From contig OZ219791.1 of assembly GCA_964291215.2 (NCBI GenBank), forward strand, positions 1 through 64,000: DNA of 64,000 bases, written 5' to 3'. Source of the DNA: Alphaproteobacteria bacterium (GTDB lineage Bacteria; Pseudomonadota; Alphaproteobacteria; MPNO01; UBA830). Position 1 is the first letter of the stretch. The number at the start of each line of letters is the position of its first letter. Positions 1-11,236 of the stretch are shown here, piece by piece. The position numbers and the translations under genes were made by a program. The notes under the pieces were generated by a model. It did no database searches. It worked only from the letters and a program-made list of their open reading frames with translations, and was not told where the DNA came from.

Positions 1-856
1 ATCTTCTCGCGCCGTAGCCGAGATGTACATCAAGGGTGTTTCCACGCGGCAAGCCGAAGATGTAATGCGCGAGTTCGGGAGCCTGTCCTCTTCTCAGGTC
101 AGCCGGGCCACTAGGTTGCTCGATGAAGAACTCGCCGCCTGGCGCAACCGGCCCCTTGGGCTGATGAAATACCTGATCCTGGATGCGCGCTATGAAAAAG
201 CCCGCCATGACGGCGTTGTGCGCGATGTCGCAGTGCTCTCGGCCATCGGAATAGGGGCTGCAGGCACGTTCTGGGGCTCTCTGTGGCGCTCTCCGAGGTC
301 GAGGTCCATTGGAGAGCCTTCCTGGAAAGCTTGCTAGCCCTGCATGGTACGACCTTCATCGTCTCGGATGACCATGCTGGGCTGAAAGCGGCACGACGCG
401 CGGTGCTGGGCGCGGCGACATGGCAGCGCTGCCAGTTCCACTTGGCACAAAACGCCGTGCACCGAACAACGACATCAGGAAACGTATTGGAAAACAGCTC
501 GGAGCCATGCGTCCTCACTCCAAACCGCCGAGGCTGAACTGGGCGCCCTCGTGGCCAGCTATCGCGACAAGCATCCAGACTTCGCAGACTGGCTGGAAAA
601 CAATGCGGGGCTCGCTGTCTTCACCTTGCCCGATGCTCACCACAAGCGTATGCGAACCTCGAACGGCATCGAGCGGCCGATCCAGCAAGAGCTCAAGCGG
701 CGCACCTCCAAAGTCAGGGTCTTTCCAAACCTCGCCTCGTTGGAGCGCCTCTCAACCGCGGTCCTCATCGACGAAAAATGGGAAACCGAAACCAAGATCA
801 AATGGGAACAGCTCGATCAGCTTCACGACAATTTCCAGACATCAGGTTGCGTAATC
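1..856 (+). mobile_element. IS256-family element, 3' part, frameshifted transposase (copy 1)
   Basis: Fragments MYIKGVSTR..., YLILDARYEK and RMRTSNGIER...ELKRRT..VRVFPN are IS256/Mutator motifs. Right IR ends ...gacatcaggttgcgtaatc at 856. Near-identical copy at 48407-49649. Confidence 0.9.
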
Positions 857-1313
857 GTTCTGAAGGGTCGGGGCGGAGAACGACAAGCTTCGTTCGAACA
901 GGTCGTACGGGCGCAAGAGCGAGAAGAGGCAGCGGGCGCCATCGAGGCGCGGCCAGCAGTGCGGCACTCCTGGCCGCGGCCGGCGCTCGAGGAGGTGGAG
1001 GAGCGGCTGGAGGTGGCGGAGGACGCCTGCTCGTGCTGCGTTGCCAACGGTTCGCACCAGGATCATCGAGATCAAAAGCGGCGGATTGTCCGCCGGGGCT
1101 GTGACTACCCCGGTTCACCGAGCGAGGTGGCGGCTGTTTCCCGGCACCGCATTCGGGTGTGGACGCATGTGCTGCACGAGCGCGTGCATGCGGCCCTTGC
1201 GCCGCGTCGCGGCTGACCGACCAAGGGCTTTCGCCGGGGGGACGCCGGCCAGCTCCACGAGCCGGATGCTGCCCCTGTTCGAGCCGCTTCGGGACGCGAT
1301 CCTCGCGCACCGG
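857..1313 (+). pseudogene. Internal fragment of IS66 transposase (TnpC-like)
   Basis: Near-identical to 11632-12073 of the IS66 at 11132-16495; begins exactly at the IS256 right end. Confidence 0.8.
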
Positions 1314-1525
1314 AACGAGGCGGCCCTGGCTCTCAGCAAGGTCGCCGAGACCGTCATCAGCAGCGGGGCGGAGCTCGACGACCTTCTCGACGGCAACGCC
1401 GCCGACATTGTCCGCTAGCGCAGACGGCGGGGACGACCTCATGAACAAGGAGTTAACTGTGTCCGGTTGAAAGGCCCCGGCCTGTTCGGACGCCGACGGG
1501 GCCGACGCGCCGGTCGCGCGGAGCT

Positions 1526-2368
1526 TTAATCCGCCGGAGCGAGCGCGACCATGCCCATCCCCGTTGTCATTGGGGCATAGTAGTTGCGGTGCGCCCGGCT
1601 AACTCTGTTCGGCAGTGCGCCGCGCATAACCAGCCACATGATGAGTTCAACGGCCTCCGCTCCGGCCTGTTCCATGATGTCCAAGTGGGTCAGCGCGACC
1701 AGCCGATCCGGATCGGTCTCGATCCGGTCGAGGAAATCGTTGTCGAATTCCGGGTTGAGATGCCCGAACCGCGCTCCGTTGAGCTGGTGCGACATGCCGC
1801 CGGTGCCGAGAATCACCACCCGGGCGTCTTCGGGGTAGGCGGCAACCGCGCGGCCAATCGCCTCGCCGAGCTTCCAGCATCGCCGCGCGGTCGGCAGGGG
1901 ATGCTGAATGACATTGACCGCGATCGGGACCGTCTTCACCGACCAGCAGTCGGCATGGTCGAAGCAGAGATGCATGGGAACCATGAAGCCGTGCTCGACC
2001 GAGAGTTCCTGGCAAACCGAAATGTCGAACTCGTCATAGACAAGGGATTCGCACAGGTGCCACGAAAAGTCCGCGTCACCCGGAAAGTCCGGCAGCGGCC
2101 GGCGGCCCCAGCCTTCGTCACCGACCGGGTAGAGCCCGGCCGCGCCAACCGCAAATGTCGGGTACTTGTCGAAGAAGAACTCCGCGCCGTGGTCGTTATA
2201 GACCACGATCGCGATGTCGGGCTTCACCACGTCGCGCAGCCACGCCTTGACCGGCTCGTAGGCGTCGAACAGCGGCTTCCAGGCCGGTTCCTGGGTGCGG
2301 CCCTGGTCGTAGGCGACACCGATCGAGGGGACATGCGAGGTCCCGATCCCGGCAACGATCTTTGCCAT
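1526..2368 (-). CDS. ligB: Class III extradiol dioxygenase beta subunit (protocatechuate 4,5-dioxygenase LigB-like)
   Basis: MAKIVAGIGTSHVPSIG, YNDH, GTGGMSHQL, GAEAVELIMW motifs; directly downstream of a LigA-like gene. Confidence 0.88.
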   Translation of the reverse strand: MAKIVAGIGTSHVPSIGVAYDQGRTQEPAWKPLFDAYEPVKAWLRDVVKPDIAIVVYNDHGAEFFFDKYPTFAVGAAGLYPVGDEGWGRRPLPDFPGDADFSWHLCESLVYDEFDISVCQELSVEHGFMVPMHLCFDHADCWSVKTVPIAVNVIQHPLPTARRCWKLGEAIGRAVAAYPEDARVVILGTGGMSHQLNGARFGHLNPEFDNDFLDRIETDPDRLVALTHLDIMEQAGAEAVELIMWLVMRGALPNRVSRAHRNYYAPMTTGMGMVALAPAD

Positions 2369-2369
2369 T

Positions 2370-2732
2370 TCAGCGTGCTCCCGATGCGTTGCGGGTCGCC
2401 AGGAACTCCTCGTAGGTCTGGCCCCGCTGGTGCGCGCCAATCTGGTACAGGCCCTGCCCGATCACCGCGCCGATCTTGATGATCATGTAGATGTTGCCGC
2501 CGTGCTCATCCATCATCGCCCGCCAGTCGCGATCCCGAATGAGCTGCTTCTCGACCTCGGTCAGGTCCGAGCGGACCATGTAGGCCTCTTCATCGGCCTT
2601 GAACGCCTCACGGTTCTCGGCCTTGGTCATCGACATCGCGAACTTGTTCAGCCGGTAGCCCAGCCGCGACTCCGTGCTGTCGAATATCCGGGTGTCAGGT
2701 ATCGGCCGGTCCCTGTCGACTTGTGCTGCCAT
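2370..2732 (-). CDS. ligA: Extradiol dioxygenase alpha subunit (LigA-like)
   Basis: GYRLNKFAMSMTKAENREAFKADEEAY...GGNIYMIIK; 120 aa; adjacent to ligB. Confidence 0.88.
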   Translation of the reverse strand: MAAQVDRDRPIPDTRIFDSTESRLGYRLNKFAMSMTKAENREAFKADEEAYMVRSDLTEVEKQLIRDRDWRAMMDEHGGNIYMIIKIGAVIGQGLYQIGAHQRGQTYEEFLATRNASGAR

Positions 2733-2831
2733 GTGTCCGTCTCCTGCCTCTGCAGTTCAGTGCCGGGGGTCCGGGCAGTCCCCGGCGGGCTCCCGCGGCG
2801 GAGTTCCGACGGGCCCGCGCCTGCGCACGGT

Positions 2832-3587
2832 TCACTGATTGTATTTGCCGCCGTCGACATTAAATGTCTGCCCGGTCACGAAGTCGCTGTCCTCGCTTGC
2901 CAGGTACAGAAGCATTCCGACGAGGTCCTCGGACTTCATGTCCCGCTTGATGGCTCGAGTTTGCACGGTCGGCGCGCGGGCGACATGGAGATCGGGGTGA
3001 TTCTCGACGCCCTCGGTCATGGTTAGGCCCGGCGCGATGCAGTTGACCATGATGTTCTTGTCCCCGAACTCCCGCGAGGCCGAACGGGTAAACGCGATGA
3101 CCGCGCCCTTGGAGCTCACGTAGTGGGCCAGCCCGGGGCCGCCATAGTAGAAGGTGCCCGAGCTGATGTTGATGATCTTGCCCCGCTCGTTCCTGAGCAT
3201 GCTGGGAACGACGGCCTTGGTGGTCTGCAGCGTGCCGCGCATGTTCACCGTCATGACCCGGTCCCATTCCTCGTTCGATATCTGCATGATCGGGGTCAGT
3301 CGCAGTTCGGCAAAAAGCGCCGCGTTGTTGACCAAGATCTCGATGGGACCGAACACCGACTCGGCCGCCTCGACCAGCTCCGCGAGCGAACCGTCATCGG
3401 TCACGTCGGCAATCCTGCCGATGGCCGTGCCGCCGGCGCTCGTTATCTCGTCGACCACGCGGGACGGATCTGCGATATCCGAAACGACGACCCTGGCGCC
3501 TTCGGCGGCGAGCGCCTTTGCATAGGTTTCGCCGATGCCCTGGGCGGCACCGGTCACGACGGCGACTTTCCCGTCAAGTCTGCTCAT
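2832..3587 (-). CDS. Short-chain dehydrogenase/reductase
   Basis: TGAAQGIG, NNA, YVSSK, VDGG motifs; AGGAGG RBS upstream of the MSRLDGK start. Confidence 0.92.
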   Translation of the reverse strand: MSRLDGKVAVVTGAAQGIGETYAKALAAEGARVVVSDIADPSRVVDEITSAGGTAIGRIADVTDDGSLAELVEAAESVFGPIEILVNNAALFAELRLTPIMQISNEEWDRVMTVNMRGTLQTTKAVVPSMLRNERGKIINISSGTFYYGGPGLAHYVSSKGAVIAFTRSASREFGDKNIMVNCIAPGLTMTEGVENHPDLHVARAPTVQTRAIKRDMKSEDLVGMLLYLASEDSDFVTGQTFNVDGGKYNQ

Positions 3588-3767
3588 TTCCATTCCTCCT
3601 GTTTTGTTCGGACCGGCCTGACGGTTCAAATCCGGATGGTGATCCGTTTTCGCTCGTTGACTGCATTGATACAGGTCGCCGCCGCTGCGGGCCAACGCTG
3701 CTTGCGCTGGCGCGCACAGCCGCATCCACCGCCTGAATCGACGACGGGCTCGGGCCGCGGCCGGTCA

Positions 3768-5129
3768 TCAGGCCCCCAGCATCGTGTTGGGCAGGAACAT
3801 CGCGATTTCCGGGAACGCGACCAGCAGCGCGAGCATCACCGCCATCGCGAACCAGAACGGCCAGATTCCCCGGAATATCGTGCGCATTGGCACCTCCGGC
3901 GCGATCGACTTCACGACGAAGACATTGATGCCGACGGGCGGCGAAATCATGCCCATCTCGAGGACGATCACGACGATGATCCCGAACCAAATCAAGTCCC
4001 ACTGAAGCTGGGTCGCGAGCGCCATCACTACCGGGATGGTGAGAACGAGCATCGCGATTCCCTCGAGGAACGTCCCAAGAAACATGTAGATCAGGATGAC
4101 GACGATCAGGACGCCGACCTCGCCGATCGGCAGCGAGGTGAGGAAAGTCACCATGTCGCCGGCCAGCCCGGTGATCGACATGAACGGGATGAAGACAAAG
4201 GCGCCGATGATGATCAGGAAGACGGTTGCTGTCGCCTTCATGGTCTGCAGCACCACAGTCCGCAGCCGCGCGCCGTCGAGCGAACGCCTCTGGAGCGCGA
4301 CCAGAAACGTCAGGAACGCGCCCACCGCGGACGCCTCGACGGGGGTGAAGAAGCCGGTATACATCCCGCCAATGGTAACCCCGACCACAAGCGCGATCGG
4401 GATCGCGGCGGCGATCGAGCGGCGGCGCTCGCCGGGAGCCGCGCGGTTGCCGGGCGGCGCCGTTCCAGGGCGCAGCCGGACGGTGATCAACACCGCGCCT
4501 ATGAACAGCAGCGTAAGCACGATGCCGGGCACGATGCCAGCCATGAACAGCCGGCCGATCGACTGATCGGTCAGCACCGCGTAGATGATCATGCCGCCCG
4601 AAGGTGGGATCAGGAATCCCAGGGTGCCGCCGGCAGCGACCGCTCCGGTCGAGAGTTCGGGCGCGTACCTGTAGCGGTTCATCTCGGGCAGCGCGACGCG
4701 GCCCATCGTGACCGCGGAGGCAAGCGACGAGCCCGACAACGCCGCGAATCCCGCACACGCCGAGATCGTCGCCGAGGCGAGGCCGCCGCGGAAATGGCCG
4801 ATCCAGCTCTGGGCCGCGGCAAACAGGTCGCGCGACATGCCCGAGACGCCGGCGAGACTGCCCATGAGCACGAACATCGGGATGACGAGGAGGTTGAAGT
4901 TCGAGGCTACCTCGAACGCCTCGCCCGACAGGTTGGACATCGCCACGTTCCAGCCCCTAGCCCACGCCTGGTCGCTGGCCATGCCGAGGCCGATGAAGCG
5001 GTTAGCCTGGGCGAAGAAGGTGCCGGCCGTGCCGACAAGGATCATCGTGAGCGCGACCGAGAACCGGAGCGCTAGGAGCGCGAACAGGACCAGTAGTCCG
5101 ATCACGCCGATGATCGACATGCTCATCAT
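3768..5129 (-). CDS. dctM: TRAP transporter large permease (DctM)
   Basis: Highly hydrophobic; GGTLGFLIPPS and ISPPVGINVF motifs. Confidence 0.93.
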   Translation of the reverse strand: MMSMSIIGVIGLLVLFALLALRFSVALTMILVGTAGTFFAQANRFIGLGMASDQAWARGWNVAMSNLSGEAFEVASNFNLLVIPMFVLMGSLAGVSGMSRDLFAAAQSWIGHFRGGLASATISACAGFAALSGSSLASAVTMGRVALPEMNRYRYAPELSTGAVAAGGTLGFLIPPSGGMIIYAVLTDQSIGRLFMAGIVPGIVLTLLFIGAVLITVRLRPGTAPPGNRAAPGERRRSIAAAIPIALVVGVTIGGMYTGFFTPVEASAVGAFLTFLVALQRRSLDGARLRTVVLQTMKATATVFLIIIGAFVFIPFMSITGLAGDMVTFLTSLPIGEVGVLIVVILIYMFLGTFLEGIAMLVLTIPVVMALATQLQWDLIWFGIIVVIVLEMGMISPPVGINVFVVKSIAPEVPMRTIFRGIWPFWFAMAVMLALLVAFPEIAMFLPNTMLGA

Positions 5130-5665
5130 GCTTCCCCCTCCGCCTCCGGCATCGGCGCGAGGGTCCGGCCGGCGAGCAGCAGGACCAGATCGGCGATCAG
5201 AACCGCGGCGTAGAGCGCGATCATCGCCCCCATCGCGAAGTAGAACAATTCGTACGAAATCAGGAGCTGCTGCGTCGCCTCGCCGAATTTGCTGGCCGAC
5301 GCGCCCGACCTGAACAGCCGCCAGGCCAGGATTCCGACCACGGGGGCGGCAAGCAGCTTCATCGCGACCAGCGACCAGCGCGCAAAGGCCTTCGACATCC
5401 AGGACTCGAATATCTCGATCTCGATATGTGCCCCGGCGCGGCCGCCATAGGGGATGGCGACCGCGACCAGGAGCACGAGATTGAGGATCAGGATGTCCTC
5501 GGCCCCGAGGATCGGGTCGTTGAAGATCTTGCGCATCACAATGACGTTCCAGGACGTCAGCAGCACCATGACCGCAAGCCCAATACCGCCGACGAGGAAC
5601 GTCAGCGTCGCTATCGCCCGGTCGAGCCGGCGGAGCCAGCCCGGCCGGGTATCGCTGTTATCCAT
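5126..5665 (-). CDS. dctQ: TRAP transporter small permease (DctQ)
   Basis: Four TM segments, GAHIEIE motif, lies between dctP and dctM; start taken as MDNSD. Confidence 0.88.
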   Translation of the reverse strand: MDNSDTRPGWLRRLDRAIATLTFLVGGIGLAVMVLLTSWNVIVMRKIFNDPILGAEDILILNLVLLVAVAIPYGGRAGAHIEIEIFESWMSKAFARWSLVAMKLLAAPVVGILAWRLFRSGASASKFGEATQQLLISYELFYFAMGAMIALYAAVLIADLVLLLAGRTLAPMPEAEGEA

Positions 5666-5678
5666 GCGCAAGGGCGGC

Positions 5679-6710
5679 CTAGCGGTTGATCGCCTCGTAG
5701 ATCTCGCGCGCGTCCTTGATGCCGCGCTTCTCGTAGTCCGCGAACAGCACATCCAGCCCGCGCTTGACTGCGGCGTCCATCTTGGCACGCTCCCCGGCGG
5801 ACGCTTGGATCCACTTGACGCGCGCCATCTTGGGCGAACCCGTCATCATCTTTTTCGCCACCTCGTCGGCGCCATCGAAGGACTCAGCTCCCTTGAGTGA
5901 CATGGCCAGGCCCGACAGATCGTCGATGATCTTGCGGTGCGCGGCCGACAGGCCACGGTAGCGGTCCCTGTTCATCACGACATAGGTAGCCTGGAACTGG
6001 ATCGGAACGTTGCTGACCACGAACTTGGCAACGTCCCAGAAGTTCCACGGCGGGGTGATGTTGTTGAACGAGGCGTAGGTCGCGTCGATCGTGCCGGTCG
6101 AAAGGCCGGTATACATCTGCGTGACCGGCATCTGCACCGGCACCGCGCCCATCGCCTTGATGATCGGGGTCGTTATCGTCGAATAGGGGACGAGCTTCGC
6201 GCCGCGCAGCCCTTCCATGGTCGAGACGTCCCGGGTCGCGGCAATCAGGCTGCCGCCAACCGTGAACACGCCCATCGCCTTGACCGCCTTGTACTCCTGC
6301 GCGAGATAGCGCTCGTAGACCCTCCACAGTCGCTTGGTCGCCTCGACGGCGTTTGCCGACTTGCCCGGCGGGATAATCAGCATCGAGCGCGGAAACAGGT
6401 TGGCGGTGTAGGCCTGGATGCCGAAGGTGATGTCGGCGACGCCCTCGACCGCGCGCTTCCACTGCTGGACGGGTCCGGCGCCGAGCTGGCCGGCGGGGAA
6501 CAGCTGCATTTTCAGGCTGCCGCTGGAGCGTTTGGCGATCTCCTCGCCGAACCAGCCGAAGAGCTTGGAGTTGATGTGGTGCTGCGGCGGCATGAAGGTC
6601 GCAACGGACAGTTCTTCAGCGGCCAGGGGCGCGCCCACCAGCAGGGGTGGGACAACCAGCAACGCTTTTGCAATCCGGCGGCACGTGGGGTTGGTCGGAA
6701 GCTGAGCCAT
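5679..6710 (-). CDS. dctP: TRAP transporter substrate-binding protein (DctP)
   Basis: Signal peptide; GQLGAGP, GVADI, MGAVPVQMP, LSTGTIDA motifs. Confidence 0.92.
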   Translation of the reverse strand: MAQLPTNPTCRRIAKALLVVPPLLVGAPLAAEELSVATFMPPQHHINSKLFGWFGEEIAKRSSGSLKMQLFPAGQLGAGPVQQWKRAVEGVADITFGIQAYTANLFPRSMLIIPPGKSANAVEATKRLWRVYERYLAQEYKAVKAMGVFTVGGSLIAATRDVSTMEGLRGAKLVPYSTITTPIIKAMGAVPVQMPVTQMYTGLSTGTIDATYASFNNITPPWNFWDVAKFVVSNVPIQFQATYVVMNRDRYRGLSAAHRKIIDDLSGLAMSLKGAESFDGADEVAKKMMTGSPKMARVKWIQASAGERAKMDAAVKRGLDVLFADYEKRGIKDAREIYEAINR

Positions 6711-6833
6711 GGGTTCCTCCCGGTCGGTGGCCTTGCGGCGCTGACTTCCCGACAGCGGGCGCAGAGGCCACGGATTCGATTGTGGTCCGGCGGAAGCGTA
6801 AGCAGATTTCGGCAACGGGAAAATGACGAATTG

Positions 6834-7796
6834 CTAATATAACATATAGGCCTCACCTATATCTCGCGACACTGAAAACGCCTTTGAATTGGGCGGCTGC
6901 CACCGGTACTCGCCCGACCGGATCAGCCTGTCGATGTGCTGGCGTATGAGTCCGAAGACCTGCCGCTCCGCTTCGGAAAGGGTCCGGGCGCGCTTCGTAT
7001 TCAGATAGAGTTGGCACCAGATGCTGGGCCTTTCAATATCATGGCACCTCAGCTCCCCGTTCTCGATCTCCTTGTGCATGAACAGATACGGCCCGATGAA
7101 ACCGCGCTGCCCGTTAGCGACCAGCTCTTGGCGGAGCAGCATCGAGCGAACCTCGAGCCCCCTGGTGAGCGGCACCTGCAGCTCCTTCGCGGCGCGGGGC
7201 GCGACGCTGTACTTGTCGAGCGTGAGCGGCAGGTTCGCGGCAACCTCGAATGAGACGGGATCCGGGAGGTCTCCGAAGAGCTCGGGAGTCCCGATCAGGC
7301 GCATCCGGTCAAGGTAGAGCGGCATCGATTCGAACCGTTCGTCCTGTATCGGCGCGAAAGACAGGGCGCAATCGATCTCGCCGGAGGTCAGGGCAAGCGA
7401 CAGGCTGTCGGTGAACTCGACGCGCACCGAAATCTCAAGGTCCGGAACGAACGTTTCCGCGGTTTCCAGCACGCTCGACATCACGGCGATTCCGATCGAA
7501 GGGATGACGCCGATCCTCAGCGCCTGGCGCGGCGCGGTCCGCAGATGATCGATCGACTGCCCGGCAGTCCTGAGGCGCCGCAGCACGTCCTGGATGTGCG
7601 AGAAATAGATGGAGCCCGCCTCAGTCAGCTCGACGCCCCGCGAATGGCGCCGGAACAGCCGAAGGCCGAGTTCTTCCTCCAGGTTCATGATCTGCACGCC
7701 CAGCGTCGGCTGGGACACGTTCAGGGCCTCCGCCGCGGCGGTGAAGCTGCCCTGTTCGGCCACCTTGCAGAAATAGCGGAGTTGTCTCAGCTCCAT
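6834..7796 (-). CDS. LysR-family transcriptional regulator
   Basis: MELRQLRYF...GSFTAAAEALNVSQPTL...LEEELG..LF.R HTH. Confidence 0.95.
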   Translation of the reverse strand: MELRQLRYFCKVAEQGSFTAAAEALNVSQPTLGVQIMNLEEELGLRLFRRHSRGVELTEAGSIYFSHIQDVLRRLRTAGQSIDHLRTAPRQALRIGVIPSIGIAVMSSVLETAETFVPDLEISVRVEFTDSLSLALTSGEIDCALSFAPIQDERFESMPLYLDRMRLIGTPELFGDLPDPVSFEVAANLPLTLDKYSVAPRAAKELQVPLTRGLEVRSMLLRQELVANGQRGFIGPYLFMHKEIENGELRCHDIERPSIWCQLYLNTKRARTLSEAERQVFGLIRQHIDRLIRSGEYRWQPPNSKAFSVSRDIGEAYMLY

Positions 7797-8012
7797 GGGC
7801 CGGAACCCGTCGCGTCGCGCCGGAGCGCGGGAAGATTCAGGCTCGCCCCCGCCATAGCTCTTGTCAATGGCAAAACGATCGCAGCCCGGCAACTTGGTGC
7901 GCCCGAATCCAGTCCTCCCGGGCCCGCCGGGAGGGCGCTCTGCGCCGGACCAGTCATCGGGTGCCGGTTCCGAACCGCCCCTCCCGGACAATGTCGTAGT
8001 CATAAGATTCAG

Positions 8013-9506
8013 GTAACTGCTCACCCCCTGGTTCCGGCTTGATGTCGGGGTAGAGTAACGAACGGGTTTTCGTGGAGATTTGACACTGCAGGCTGATTCG
8101 TTTAGTGGTGGTAATCGAGAACGACGGGGACCGCCAGTGGGCTACTTTGGATCGAAGGCGACGAGTGGGCTGTGCCAGCTGCTTCCGGGGCTCCGCATGA
8201 TCTGTATGTGGAAACGCATCTCGGAGGCGGCGCGCTGATGAAGCGCAAGGCCGGGTGATGGCGACGGGCGGCGCGCGAGGAGTTCGAAGCGGCCAAGATC
8301 GCGGCGCTGCCGGCAAGGTGGCGGAAGAGGCCGTGATCCGCGTCCTCGTCATCCTGCTCGACATCATCATCGTCGTCCTTCTGGAGAAGACCACGCACGA
8401 GCCGGAACTCCGGTCTGCCGCCGTCACAGACGGACGAGAGCGTGCCGGGAGCAACGGCCCGAAGCCGAACCGGCAGATGGGCGACAACCTGCGCAAGATC
8501 ATCGTCGAGGAGACGGTCGCGGCCTGCGACGCCTGCGGCACCGACATCGACGGCCCCGTCGATCGGGAGCGCCGCACGACATCGTGTTCGAGGTCGTCGA
8601 GCGCCGCGCCGAGATCAAGGAATGCCCGAAGTGCAAGGCCCGGGGCCGGTTCCCCGACAACATCCCGTGCAGTACGGCATCCAGGCCCTCGTCATCAACC
8701 TGCTGGTTGCCCAGATGCTGTCCCTGCGCCGTGCTGTCGCGCTCGTGCAGGCGATCTCCGGCATCAAGCTCTCCGAGGCAACCTGCCTCGGCTATGCTTT
8801 CACGATGCGTCATGGGAGGAGGCTGCCGTGGCGCACCTCCTGCAACGCCCGATGTCGACGATTTCGGATCAACAGTAAGTGGCTTCATGTCGTGGGACCC
8901 TGACGTGCAAGTTCCCGCACCGCAAGCGCGGGCAAGAGATCGGCCCGTGCTACAAGGGCGTCCTGGGCCTCGTACATGGGCCAGTGTAGCCACCAGTTGT
9001 GCGGCAGCCACCTGCTGCGCGAACTGACCTTTGTCGTCGAGGCTACCGCGCGACTGATGAAGAGCCTGCTCCGCGAGGTCTGCCACAAGATCAACAAGAG
9101 CGCATCCAAAACCCTGAACGACGCCGGGCGCAAGCGCTACCGCACCATCAGGGCGCCAGGGAACTGCCCGACATCCCGCCGAAAGGAAAACGTGGACGCA
9201 TAGCAAACGCGCACAACCTGCACGAACGTCTCGTGAAACACGAAAACCTGCGCTTCATAGACAACCCCGACGTCAGCTTCACCAACAATGCCGGAGAACA
9301 GAAGATCAGGATGGCAAAGGTCAAGGTGCCCGGATGCTTCCGCTCCACGCAAAAGCATGGTGCCGGGGCTCAAGCTACCTCACCTCCATGGCCGCACTCG
9401 GCTACAATCATCACGTCGCAACCCAGATCGCCCTCGACGGAAAAGCCGCAGACATCATCAACGAGCACTACGACCAATCAGAACCCAACTAGGGGTGAGT
9501 AGATAC
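8013..9506 (+). mobile_element. IS66-family element (single-ORF, ISBst12-like), degraded, with 8-bp TSD (copy 1)
   Basis: Ends gtaactgctcacccc / ggggtgagtagatac; direct repeat AGATTCAG at 8005-8012 and 9507-9514; HQLCGSHLLREL and FTNNAGEQKIRMAKVK motifs. Confidence 0.92.
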
Positions 9507-9595
9507 AGATTCAGCCGCCTGACTGGCCGAACTGTCGGCGCCCGCCCTGCTCCTCCACGCCATCTTCACGTCTCTGCAGAACCGGGCAAATGGCG

Positions 9596-9895
9596 AAGCT
9601 AGGTGGTTCTGCCGTGCCCGAACGCGCGAGCCGAGCTGCGCCCGGGTAGTTCGCGGCAAGCGAACCCGTTCGCATTCGCCAAGCGAGATCACGATCTTTC
9701 CGAAGTGCCGGTCTGAACCCATCGCGTGATAGGCTGACCGCGCATCCTCGAAGCCGAAGACCCTGTCGATCACCGGCCGCATGCGGCTGGCGCCGATAGC
9801 CGCGTTCATGTCGCGGAACATCTCCCGGCTTCCGACATAGACGCCTGAAAGGCGGATCGACTTGCGAAGCAGGAGAACCATGTTCACCTCTCCTA
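9596..9895 (-). pseudogene. C-terminal remnant of a zinc-type/MDR alcohol dehydrogenase
   Basis: GVYVGSREMFRDMNAAI...RPVIDRVFGFEDARSAY...HFGKIVI; 5' part cut off by the IS630 and IS66 insertions. Left boundary approximate. Confidence 0.8.
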
Positions 9896-11124
9896 GTAGT
9901 CCACCGGCATTGTATTGATGGTTTTTTTGTGGGTAGTATTCCTGTGTCGGCATCCGTTGGAATCCGGACAGTGTCGATATCCACACGGGCAAGATGCCGA
10001 ACAGGCAGGCAGCCGCAGCCCCATGTGCAGGTCCGGACAACGGGAGCGGCGCAATGACAGGAGCAACGTATATGGCCAACTCTCGGGGCAGGAAGCTCTA
10101 CCGGGTGACCCTTTCAGCGCAGGAGCGCTGGGATCTGAAGGCGATTGTCGACGGCACCGGGGCTGCCTGGCGCCGGGCACAAATCCTGATGCTGAGGGGG
10201 CGCTCGGCTTGTCGATGCCGACATTGCGCTGGGCACGGCGACGGTCGAGCGTTTGCGCAAGCGCTGCGTCCTGGAGGGGCTGGACGCCGCCCTCAGCCGC
10301 AAGGAGCAGGTGAACCGTCGGCCGAAACGGCTGGACGGGGCGATGGAAGCGAAGCTGGTCGCCCTGTTCGTCCCCGCCCGAGGGCTGTGGACGCTGAAGC
10401 TGCTCGCCGGCCGTCTGGTGGAAATCGTCGAGCGCATTTCGGAAGAAACGGTCAGGAAGACGCTAAAAAAGAGATCAAGCCGTGGCTGAAGCAGTACTGG
10501 TGCATTCCACCACACCGGAGCGCACAGTTCGTGGCGGCGGATGTGCTTGACACTTATCAGCGGGACTTTGCCGGGGACGAGGTGCTGAGACCAGCCGGCA
10601 GCAGACGAAGGAAACCCCCCGTCCTCCGGTCAGCCGGAGGTGGTCGACTATGAATATGAGCGCAACGGCACGGCCAACCTCTTCATGGCCTTTGCGCCCA
10701 ACGAGAACTGGCGCACGGTGAAAGTCACCGACCGCCACGGGACTGGGCGCACTTCATCCGGGAGCTTGCCGACGACCATTTCCCCGACAGGAAGATCGTG
10801 CTGGACAATCTGAACACGCACAGTCCCGCATCACTATATGAAGCCTTCGAGCCCGAGGAGGCGGGTACGAAAGCGGTTCGAGTTTCGCTACACGCCGAAG
10901 CACGGAAGCTGGCTCAACATGGCCGAAATCGAGATCGGTGCGCTGTCGCGGCAATGCCTTCGGCGACGCATTCCCGACCGTGACACCATGCGGCGGGAGA
11001 CGGCAGCATGGGTGGAACGGCGCAATGCGGCCGATGTCACTGTCGACTGGCGTTTCACGACGAAGGATGCCCGGACGAAACTGAAGTCGCTATATCCATC
11101 AATACAATAATGTCAGGATACTAG
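9893..11124 (+). mobile_element. IS630-family element, frameshifted transposase
   Basis: CTAG at both ends with imperfect IRs sharing attgtattgatgg; WTLKLLA, DNLNTH, YTPKHGSWLNMAEIE motifs; A6G slippage site at 10465-10471. Confidence 0.9.
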
Positions 11125-11236
11125 CCCGAAGGTAAGCGTTCGTTCATGCGGTGATGACGATCTGCGCCGAGGTTTGTTTTGGTGATTCGGAGAAGGGGGC
11201 TGGTGAATTTTTTGGCGGTGCCATCAGGTCGTGCAT

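Noticed and set aside
3123-5075. 650-aa plus-strand ORF
   Set aside because: Antisense shadow of the SDR and dctM genes in high-GC DNA.
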